In this document: positions 38,401 through 47,600 of the stretch, piece after piece | How positions within the stretch are numbered: position 1 is the first letter of the stretch | Layout of the letters: each line of letters opens with the position of its first letter | Virus record (IMG/VR): IMGVR_UViG_3300020043_005956 | Span: 2,241-66,240 of that record | Strand: one strand, 5' to 3' | From: a virus | Lineage: Duplodnaviria; Caudoviricetes | DNA length: 64,000 bases | Notes under the pieces: generated by a model | Told to the model about the DNA's origin: nothing | What the model saw: the letters and a program-made list of their open reading frames with translations, nothing else | Databases searched by the model: none | Made by a program: the position numbers and the translations under genes

Positions 38401-41084
38401 AAGTAGAAGACGCTTTAGTTAAATTAGGATTAATAGAGAAATATAACGCTCAAACCAAGACAGGAGATGTGGTTGGTGGGTATGTTCAGGAAACTTCTGA
38501 TGGAGGTTTTAGTGCAGGGAAAATGCTTTTTAGCAAAAATGGTGAAATAAGTTATTTAGATGGTAATGGGAATAAAGTTTCTTTTGATAAAAACGGTAAT
38601 GTAATATCTGAAAACACTAAACAAGTTGCACAACAAGCTAAAAAAACAGAAATTGAAGCAACTAAATTAAGTATTACATCTCTTGAAAAAACAAGAGATA
38701 GCGAAGCGTTTAAATACAAAGAAGCAACGGAAACAGATATATTAGGCAATAAGAAAAAGGTAAAAAGATTAAAAACACCACAAGAGCTAAAAGAAAGTAC
38801 AGACAAAATAAATAATGCTATTGATAAAGCCAAAGCAAGGCTTGTTGAATTGGAAAATTCAGAATCCCCTGTTGAGAGTACAGCTAAGGCGTTGGAAAAA
38901 GAATTTAATAAAGGAAGTGTTTGGTTGCCAAGTGTAGAAATGAATGTGGGAGATAATCCAGCAAAAAAAATCTCCGAAGCCTACCACGCCGATAAAGCCG
39001 CAGAAAAGGAAACCGAATTAACAAAAGCAGTTGAAAAATTATTAACCACAAATACAAACCAAAATGAACAAAAAACCAAAATTGGGGAGCGGGGAACGCT
39101 TCAAGAAAATGACCAACAAGTTGGAGAAGGAGGGCAAGTCCAAGGAATCAGCGAAGAAAATCGCCGCATCAGCGGGGATGAAAGCCTACGGCAAAGCCAA
39201 GATGCAGAAGATGGCACAGGCGGGCAAGAAGAAAATGTAACGGAACAAGGGGGTGTAACAGCCCCCGTTACCGAAGAAAAGATTGAAGCAACTGCCACCC
39301 AAGCTAACATTAAACCAAAGAACCTTCGTGACTTATACAACGTCAATAGAACGCTTTTTGGGCAAAATAAAGTAAGGTCACTTGCCAATGCGGTTATTAT
39401 GGACAAGATGATTGGCGCAATGGCAAAACGTGCAGGGGTTATCAAAGCAGAAATGTATGAAAGGTTGGAGTTTAGGAAGGCGAGCGAAGAAGAGTTGCCA
39501 CAAGGTGTTAAAATGCAAGTTGACGCTTGGCACGGCAGCCCATATCAATTTGACAAATTCACAACCGAAAAGATAGGCACGGGCGAAGGCGCACAAGCTT
39601 TTGGGTGGGGATTGTATTTTACGGATTTGGAGAGTATCGCAAGAGGATATGCGCAAAACCTTGCAACTTTAAATATAAAAACAACAACTCAACAAATTTC
39701 AGATGCAGTAAAAAAGTTTAACATAAAAAACGGTTTGCCAAGTAATTATAACTATTCAATACTTGCAGATGTTTTAGTGTCAAACAATATGAATATTGAC
39801 AAAGCAATTGATTTTTACAATAAAAGCATACAAAAAAGAACAGAAGATTATAATAATCCTGAAAACAAATTCAGGGCTGGATATTTGTTGGAGTCAATAA
39901 AAGACGAGCAATCTGAATTAAAAACTTTAATTGGACTAAAGGAAAACAATACTTCTATTAAGCCTCCAGAAAGGTTGCTATACAAGGTTTCACTTCATAA
40001 TGGAAAGAAACCAAGCGAATATACTTGGTTAGAGTGGGATAAGCCTTTAACAAAAGAGCAAAGAAATATAATTATAAAAGCTATTGAAGATAAAGACTTT
40101 AAAACAAGGACTGCTTATGGAAACCCTTTAGAAGTTGTTGACACTTTAGGTACAACTGGCAAACAAGTTTACGAATCACTTGCTTTTGAATTTGGTCAAA
40201 AACAAGCTTCGTTACTTCTTTTAGAAAATGGAATTGATGGCGTTAAATATCCAGCCGAAAGCATAGCAAGAGCCGCAACATCTGACACGGCAAGAGGTTT
40301 TAACTATGTAGTATTCGATGAAAACGCAGTAAGTATAGAAGAAGTAATTAAGTTCCAAAAAGACGCTAACAAAGCAAGGGGCGCAGCTATGGTGAATATA
40401 GATGGAACTGCCATCATCTACGCTATAACCGACCCTAACGTATCAACTCCTTTACACGAACTTGCTCACGTTTTTGAACACTACCTTAAAGACTACGAAA
40501 GGGAAACAATCATTCGTAACGCAAAAACAAATGGGTGGACAACCGAAACAAGTGAATATTTTGCAAGGGGCTTTGAAAAATATCTTGCCGATGGAGTTGC
40601 CCCAAGTGCGGAAATGAAACGTATATTTGAGCGTTTCAAAGAATGGCTTACCGAAATTTACAATGGAGTAACGGGAAGCGAAATAAACATACCTCTCAAC
40701 GATGAAATGCGTGCCATATACGCAAAAATGTTGGGCGAAGAAGAAGTTGCTAAAACACAACCAAATGAAACAAAAACAGAACAAGAAAAGCCCTTGCTGG
40801 AAGGGGTACGAAATGGTGGGAATGAAGCCCAAGTCGGGCAAGAAAGTGCCGAACTGCGTGCCGAAGCCAAAAACCAAGAAGAAGTAAAAGCAACCATTGC
40901 AGATGCCGTAGCGAAGTTTTATGCTATTGAAGGCAAAGGTTCTCAAAAGCGTGAGGCAGCAAAAGCGTATAGGCAAACTTTAGAAAAAATGCCAACGGTA
41001 AAAAACATTTTTGACAATATAAAGCCTATATTTGCACAACTTGAAAGAGAAGGAATTATAACAAAATCTAAAGAATGTCCATAA
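35481..41084 (+). CDS. giant polyvalent cargo protein with ART-PolyVal-like and HExxH segments
   Basis: AWHGSPYQFDKF...GEGAQAFGWGLYFT...GIDGVKY...NYVVFD; TPLHELAHVF. Confidence 0.8.
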   Translation: MQQDNKDDFSEFGGVVIGDAPKSDDFSEFGGVVIGDAPQKKNSVSTTSPIGGKVGASAIPSTGNEVAGLLGVKPIKPTQYATPTPLVEKAKTIVEPVGKNYGLRPDGTKKDVGYFGELKTKSGNSVTEYSFGTSDVNGKEMDIPSLVPTLTPQEKQYVLDRAEKDEPLGRDAIGNSIYKKAVDHAKQRLKEGKSPFYSSEEAKKVSTGDEVANLLGVRTAPKTLGELGQTTLPLAKDQKGSAQRVTALYEQKAKKTDDFIQEKKKLNELEAKLNQAKKDSEEYNVIVEDFNKAVESHNKKLAEREILANEIKAAEMGYREKYGEGNRLGYFYNSFLKGIGGMSSGVADAFFNVARNIPGVVAPSMEGEDITEFRKQIEPSIREGLKEKVGVGIVPEKEKKYNDEFWTSAIGGLTASVPAMIAPYGSGLIAQAYDAGLESINSIEEGQKLPETTKTIFASSVGLAQGMLEKYGLDKIFGKQSAAVSKKLAADVIQKALASGEKTITKESFEAALKQSVSGLKDKIVKAGGKIGEAVAVEFSTGAAQEASTIAAERLLNASQGKDVFEPTSWGETTGRILYAGSQEAVGGGLLGAASAPFSKTRNYIAEKVADAKTQEDYQALRKEFTENVSPEQADAANKIIDYYANVNSKIPDNVPNRKEVIEKVVERDDIKEEIARKQQELEQVDEAFRPKIQEEIDALNGRVAELNEEIANPVIAQEAVVEEQPSQPIITKNTTPTDEKYGTIDRGDGKGVIDLTRAEYEAEIAKQQPAQAFEEIPEISEEKKSLESEILSEEEFINKTKNNRNFFRKILDKIGGVSYDKYLKNAKEKLALLEKNPLAYFEKELNAEIEWGKKDPSDINEGLIEYYKGAIEKLKNQQQKQPTAEEVVVDESPAFETDQTEAAQPIELSVGEEAITPQEEQPTQQGEENVNPALNDVESKAKALELKNEGKADTPTKENVTERLSINNPFYKKVEDALVKLGLIEKYNAQTKTGDVVGGYVQETSDGGFSAGKMLFSKNGEISYLDGNGNKVSFDKNGNVISENTKQVAQQAKKTEIEATKLSITSLEKTRDSEAFKYKEATETDILGNKKKVKRLKTPQELKESTDKINNAIDKAKARLVELENSESPVESTAKALEKEFNKGSVWLPSVEMNVGDNPAKKISEAYHADKAAEKETELTKAVEKLLTTNTNQNEQKTKIGERGTLQENDQQVGEGGQVQGISEENRRISGDESLRQSQDAEDGTGGQEENVTEQGGVTAPVTEEKIEATATQANIKPKNLRDLYNVNRTLFGQNKVRSLANAVIMDKMIGAMAKRAGVIKAEMYERLEFRKASEEELPQGVKMQVDAWHGSPYQFDKFTTEKIGTGEGAQAFGWGLYFTDLESIARGYAQNLATLNIKTTTQQISDAVKKFNIKNGLPSNYNYSILADVLVSNNMNIDKAIDFYNKSIQKRTEDYNNPENKFRAGYLLESIKDEQSELKTLIGLKENNTSIKPPERLLYKVSLHNGKKPSEYTWLEWDKPLTKEQRNIIIKAIEDKDFKTRTAYGNPLEVVDTLGTTGKQVYESLAFEFGQKQASLLLLENGIDGVKYPAESIARAATSDTARGFNYVVFDENAVSIEEVIKFQKDANKARGAAMVNIDGTAIIYAITDPNVSTPLHELAHVFEHYLKDYERETIIRNAKTNGWTTETSEYFARGFEKYLADGVAPSAEMKRIFERFKEWLTEIYNGVTGSEINIPLNDEMRAIYAKMLGEEEVAKTQPNETKTEQEKPLLEGVRNGGNEAQVGQESAELRAEAKNQEEVKATIADAVAKFYAIEGKGSQKREAAKAYRQTLEKMPTVKNIFDNIKPIFAQLEREGIITKSKECP
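35500..35592 (+). repeat. 51-bp tandem duplication encoding DDFSEFGGVVIGDAP twice
   Basis: gatgatttttcagaatttggaggagttgtnattggcgacgcccc twice. Confidence 0.9.
39064..39240 (+). CDS. overprinted small basic protein (58 aa, +1 frame)
   Basis: MNKKPKLGSGERFKK...AKKIAASAGMKAYGKAKMQKMAQAGKKKM; A/C-rich start context. Confidence 0.7.
   Translation: MNKKPKLGSGERFKKMTNKLEKEGKSKESAKKIAASAGMKAYGKAKMQKMAQAGKKKM
40765..40887 (+). CDS. overprinted small basic protein (40 aa, +1 frame)
   Basis: MKQKQNKKSPCWKGYEMVGMKPKSGKKVPNCVPKPKTKKK. Confidence 0.72.
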   Translation: MKQKQNKKSPCWKGYEMVGMKPKSGKKVPNCVPKPKTKKK

Positions 41085-41611
41085 TGATACTCGATTCTCC
41101 AATGATGGTTATGCCTGAGTTTCCAAAAAAACTTGACGCAAAGATTGTTAGCCTATTAATGCCACGTTTAAATGACGAGTACAAGGCTTTCTACTTCTAC
41201 CGAGCCGCTTCAAATTACTGCAAAGGTGTAGGTTACGAAAAAGCCGCAGAGTTCTTTGCAGCCGAATCTCTTGACGAACTTTCCCACGCAAAGGGTATTG
41301 AAACGTACCTTGTTGATTGGAACATTGACGTTAATTTGCCTATCGTTGAAACCCCACAAATTGTTTTTAGTGGACTATTTGAGGTTCTTGTAAAGGCTTA
41401 TGAACTTGAGTACAACCTTTGGAAAGAGTACAACGACACTTCTGATGAGATTTTTGGCAAAGGGGATATTGCCACGTTTAACTTCCTTAGAACATATACG
41501 GATATACAAACCAAGTCTGTTGCTGAATACAGCGACAAGCTAAATATGCTTCAAGGGGTTAATGTGATGAGCAAGTTTGAACTTCTTACTTTAGAGAAAA
41601 AATTATTCTAA
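41075..41611 (+). CDS. ferritin-like protein
   Basis: LNDEYKA...FFAAESLDELSHA...AYELE...ATFNFL...Q..SVAEY ferroxidase-type four-helix pattern. Confidence 0.85.
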   Translation: MSIMILDSPMMVMPEFPKKLDAKIVSLLMPRLNDEYKAFYFYRAASNYCKGVGYEKAAEFFAAESLDELSHAKGIETYLVDWNIDVNLPIVETPQIVFSGLFEVLVKAYELEYNLWKEYNDTSDEIFGKGDIATFNFLRTYTDIQTKSVAEYSDKLNMLQGVNVMSKFELLTLEKKLF

Positions 41612-41612
41612 T

Positions 41613-44600
41613 ATGGCTTGCGAGGTTAAATACCAAGGGCAGACACTTTCTTTTGAAGAGTTTGCCGAAAAGTTGCATAATGGACTTTTGGACGAATTTA
41701 TTGCCCAAGGTGTTGTTAAGAATGTACCAACCATAAAATCAATTCAAGATGCCGTACAAAAGCAAAGCGCAGAGGGCGTTCTTTCACGCCAACAAGGAAA
41801 AGTTGGAGAAGCAGGGGGTGAACGTCAAGGAATGGGACAAGGCAAGCAAGGGCAAGAAGCTGCCAAGCCGAGCAAAGAAGAAATAACTTCCGCAGAAGCA
41901 ACGGTTGCTCTTGATGAAGAAACCGAACTATTGCTTGAAGGACTTGCCGCAGAAAGGAGAAGGGCGGGCAAATATACAGTTGACGGAGTAACATATACAA
42001 GAAACGAAAAAGGACAAGGTATTGTTTCGGAGAAAGGTGGGTATATTAGGTTTACAAGCGAACCTGGCGGTGGTGGCGTTGTCGTTCCTTTTAGATACAA
42101 ACTTGCTGAAGCAAAAAGAGTTCAGCCTTCACACGAAGGAGGTTTGAGAAATCCAAATTTCTTTATACCCGAAGGTCAACCAAAAAATAGAAACGACCAA
42201 GCAAGTTTGCAAGCAGAAGATGATTTTGCAAACAACCCAAGGTTTGATGAGCTTGGAGAAGATTCAGGGGCGTATAAAGGTGCGCCTGTTGCAAATGAAA
42301 GGGATGAGATTATTCAAGGGAACAGCAGGGGTGCTGGAATTAAAAAAGGATATGCTATTGGCAATAAAAAGTACAAGCAAGACTTAGCTGCAAATGCAGA
42401 GAAATTTGGATTTACCAAAGAACAAGTTGAAAGTATGGAAAACCCAATGCTTGTTCGTGAGGTTATTGCAACTGATGAAAAAGCTATTGAACTTGGAAAC
42501 TACGATGTAAAAGACCTTGAAACCGCAGGAAAAAGAAGGATTGACCCTTCTGCTCTTGTTCGTAGGCTTCCTTCAAAAGTTAAAGCGAGCCTTGCTAAAG
42601 TTATTTCAGCAGGGGAAACGATTAAAGAATCTATTAAAGAAAATGCGGATGAGATTTATCAACTTATACGTCCGTATATCAATACAAGTATTGCCAACAC
42701 TATAATCACAAATGGCAAATTAAATTCTGTTGGTATTGAGGACGTTGAGGGCTTATTTACGCAGTTCTTGTTTCAGAATGGCGACCCAAACCTTCCTCAA
42801 ATGTTTGAAGGTTTGTCTAATACACAACGTGAGGGCATTAAAAAGGCTTTACCATACTTGCTAAGTGCAGGAGCAGGCAAAAGTATCATACCCGATGTTC
42901 AAGAAGCGATAATTGCTTTGCATTATTTTAGGTCAAGCGGTGAACAAAGTTTTGCTGCGTGGGCTAATCAAATTGACATTAATACAGGTCAATCCAAAAA
43001 GGATATGTTTAGCCCTTTGGCTTTGAAACTTGCCGAAAATTTCAACAAGGCAACAAGTCAAAACGAAATTGCAGGTATTCCGCAAAAAGGTGGAGAGGCG
43101 AGCAGTTTTGCTAAGTATAGCCAATTAACGCAAGGAACGGAAGGCGGGTTATTTGAAGAAGCCCAAGAGGGTATGTCAAGGCAAGATGCGGTAAAGGAAG
43201 CGTTTGGAGTTGAATATACGCCAAGAAAAGGATATACAAGTGCTGCTAAGTTTGAGGAAAGTGAAGCTAAAAGAAAGGAAATAGAGAAAGAAAAGGCTGA
43301 AAAGGAAAAGGCTAAACAAACAAAGAAGGAGATAAAAGAAAAGCTTAAAACAGCTCAAGAAGCATTAAACAGAACAAAAGAGCAACTTTCTGAAATTGAA
43401 AGACTGAAACAAAGTGCTGCTTCAAATTTAGAAAAAATACTTTCAAAAATTGGTGGAATACAAAATATAACACCACAAGAAAGAACAAAGCTTGTTGAGG
43501 ATTTAAAAAATATTATAAAGGATTTAACAGCCTTAACTTATTTAGAAATAAAAAATCTACTTGCTCCGATTTTAACAAGAAAGGGTTTCTCTGAACTTGA
43601 AGCAGAGGATATAATAAATGAAGCAGCAAGTGATTTCATTTCAGAAGAAGATGCTTATATTGGTTTAACAAACGAATACGATAAAGCACAAAGGGCGGCA
43701 AGGGGATTAGACCCAATAGCAAAAGCCGCAAGGCAAACAAACCAAGTGGTTTGGGATAGAACAGTTGAGCGCATACAAAATGGAAATATTGTATTAAGGG
43801 ATAAGACCAACACAGGGCTTATTTCAAAATTAGCCACAGGAGAAATAGAAGCAATTAGCCCTGAAATACAAGCCGCTATTTTATATGATAGGATATATCT
43901 TCAAAATGCTAAAGAGGCGTATGTAAAAAAACTTGCCGAGCAAGGTGCTGTTATAACAAACGAGGAAAGGTTAAATATATTAGCTCAATTAGCTGAAATT
44001 GATGCACATATTCAAGAAAACGAATTAGCCAATGCGAATGTTGGAAGAACCTGGGGAAGAACAGGCGTATTTAGGCAGGTTTTAGCGGCAAGAGATTATA
44101 CATTAAAAGGTGTAATTTCAAGAGCGAAGGCAATGAATGGAGGTGCATCGTTAAGCACAGAGCAAGAAGCGAAGCTTGTTAAGTTAACCGAGCAATTTGC
44201 TGAACTGCAAAAGGATTTAGACAAAATTCAAAAGGCTTTTGATGAGCAATTAAAAATAGAAAAAGAGATAGCTCGGAAAGAAGGATATAACAAAGCAAAA
44301 ATGGAGGTTTCTTCTGTTCCTTCTTCTTCTACTATAAAGGAAAAGTCAAAAGAACTTGCCAATAAGCTTAGGGCTGCAAAAATTACAAGTTCTACATACA
44401 CCTTTAGTTCTGTTGTTCCAATACCTCCAACGGTTGTAAACGTGGGTATAGAGGCTGCGGCAAAGTCTATTGAAACTGTTGGTACTGTTGCTGATGCAAT
44501 AGCAAAGGGTATTGAAGCTATAAAAAATGAGGCATCAGGTTGGTATAAAAACTTGACACCACAAGAAAAGCAAAGGTTCGATAATTGGTTTGGAGGATTT

Positions 44601-47600
44601 GTAAACGAAAAACTTGCAGAGCCAAAACAAGAAAAGAGGGGGGCGAAATCTACTGATGAACTTCTTGTTGACCTTGCTGTAAAAGCGGATGGAGTATTAA
44701 CTGACGAAAGCTGGGAGCTTGAGCCGTTGTTAAAAAATATTCTCAAGCAAGAGGTTATCAATGGGGCGGAAACACTTGATGAAGTTGCTGAAAAGGTTTT
44801 TGATTTTCTTTCCAATTCAGTTCCTAATCTTGATATTGAAGATATAAAAGACTTGATGAGTGGTTATGGTAGTTTTAAAGAACTTAGCAAAGACCCGCTT
44901 GTTGAAAAGATAAGAAAGCTAAGAAACCTTGGAAGGCTAAATGGTAGGTTGAGGGATGTCAAGGAAAGGATGAAATTGCCAAAAAGAACAGGAAGGGAAA
45001 TTGCAAAATTAGATACCGAAGCTCGTGCAATAAACAAGGAAATTGGCAGACTGATAAAGGAGTTGGGTTTGGCATCAGAACCAACAGAAGAAGAAAAGAT
45101 AAACAAATGGAAGAGCCAAAGGGATGCTGTTGTTCAAAGGTTAAAAAACAAAATAGAGGACTTAAATAGACAAAAAGAACAAAAGCAACGAGATGCCAAA
45201 GTTAAAAAAAGTCAAATAACGGACGATGTAATAAAAGACCTTCAAGACCAAATTGAATCGCTTGAAAACACATTGAGCAATATACCAGAGGTTAAGATAA
45301 GTGATGCAGAGAAGAAAGTTGAAAGCAAAATTGTTGACTTAGAAAATAAAATTACCGAGGCCAAAAGAAAGATAAGAGAAAACGATTTAAGTATAAAATC
45401 TTTTGAAAAGGTTACAAGCCCTGAAATAGAAAGTTTGCAAAATGAGTTGTCTGACTTAAATTCAACTCTTGCCAAAATGAGGGAGGAAAATAAAACCTCT
45501 GTTGAGAAATTAGCAGAAGCTCAAAAAAGACTTGACTTATTAGCAAAGGCGGAAATAAAAAGGCTTGAAGAAATTAGAAACAAATTAATTTTAGAAGGAC
45601 TTACTGACGAGGAAGTTAAAGTTTCAACGACACAAAAACTTGGCGAATTATTTGGAATAGCTAAAACCAAAAAAGCCAGTTTAGCGCAAAGGGGCGATGC
45701 GCTACAAGCAACTATTGACCAACTAAAAAGGGATATAAACGATTTAATACCATCGGAAGCGAAAGAGCAAGCTTTAATTGATAAAGCAATAAAAAGAAGA
45801 GAAGCGGTTTTAAAAGCATTAGAAGAAAAGCTTGCGAAGGGTAATTTTGAAAAAAGAAAAACAAGAATTATACCTTACACAAAAGAACTTGCAGAGGTCA
45901 ATGCGAAGATTGAAGAAACAAAACAAAAGATAGATTTTGAAATTGAAAAAATAAGACTTGCAAATAGGACATTTTGGACAAGATTGGCTGAAAATCTTTT
46001 TGATGTTTTAAGTTTGCCAAAATCATTGGTAGCAAGTATTGACTTGTCAGCCCCGCTTAGGCAAGGTATCGTTTATGCTTATACAAAGCCTGGAACATTT
46101 TTAAAAGCATTTTTCGAAATGCACAAGTTTGCCTTTAATAAATCCGCTTATGAAAATTGGCAAAAATCTGTAAAGGCAGACCCAAGATATGTTGAGTTCA
46201 CAAAACAGTACGGGTTGTATATGGCAGAAGAGAGTGGCAAGATGAGCGCAAAAGAAGAAATGTTTGTTTCTAAATTTGTAGGTGCTATTAAAAAAATACC
46301 TGTATACGGTCAACTTTTGGCAGGAACAGAAAGGGCGTATATTGGTTTTTTAAATAAACTACGTTGGGACGTTTTCAACTCCTATGTAGATATGGTTAAT
46401 GATATGCCATTAACTGTTGAAGAAAGACAGCAAGAGTTAAAAGAGCTTGCTAAACTTGTAAACAATACAACGGGCAGAGGCTCTTTAGGGGTGCTTTCGG
46501 GAGCTAAAAAACCGTTAAATGTTTTATTTTTCTCTCCAAGTCTTGTTGCTTCAAGGTTTCATCCGTTTACTGCTGCCGCAAGGATGTTATTTCCTGGCGA
46601 CAAACCAATGCCTCGTGTGGCAAGAAACCAAACTATTGAAACCTATGCTAAATTCTTTGGTGGATTAGCCTTAACTATGTTTTTGATTAAATTTGGACTT
46701 GGGGATGATGATGATAAAGATGTTGAGTTTGAACCAATAAGTTCGGACTTTTGGAAAATAAGGCTTGAGGATATTAGGACTGATTTAACGGGCGGCTATA
46801 TTCAACCTTTTGTTGTATTGGCTAAAATTTTTGGTGGTTCAAAAAATGCAAACACAGGCGAGGTAAAGAAATTTGGTGATGAAGGCTATGGGGCAACGAC
46901 AAGAATGGATTTGCTTGAAACTTTTTTTGCAAATAAATTAAACCCTACCGCCTCTTTGTTTTATAAAGAATACTTAGTAGGTGTGGAGGGCAAGAAAAGG
47001 GATAGAAACAAGCTGTATGAGTATATGTTTGGCGAAATACCTAACAACGACCTTAATATAGGAGAAACTGCATTCAACCTTACAACTCCGTTATATTTAA
47101 GAGATATGGCAGAGATAATAAATGAAGAATCAAAATATGCTCCAATAGTAGTTCCTCTCGCTTTATATGGTTCGGGAATAAATAAATTTGGAGGAAAGAC
47201 TATGCTTACTCCAAATACAAAAGAATACATAAAAGCAAAGACCTATTCTATTGTTCCTGCAAGAACAAGCACGGATAAGAAAATTGATTTTTATATTTTC
47301 AAAAAAGATGGAAGTGTTATAAATACAGAAAAGAATGAGTTTTTAAATAACCAAAGTTTAGAGAAATATAACAGCTACGCCAATGAGAATTACAAAAAAA
47401 TGGTTTTAAATTTAAACGATAAGTTTATGCAAAGTTTAAATGAAAGCCAAAGGGCGGAGGTGATGAAAACGGTTAAACAAGAGGCTGATAAAATTGCAGA
47501 GATTCAGATAAATATGGACATGCAAAAGACTGTTGTTTTGCCGAGCGAGGCGGCTAAAATGAAAAAGGATTTTGAAAAAGAAATTCAATTTTTTTATAAT

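Noticed and set aside
40452-45475. Long minus-strand ORFs (e.g. 40452..40976, 44228..44815)
   Set aside because: Ser/Phe/Leu-rich antisense shadows of Glu/Lys-rich giant genes, without start context.
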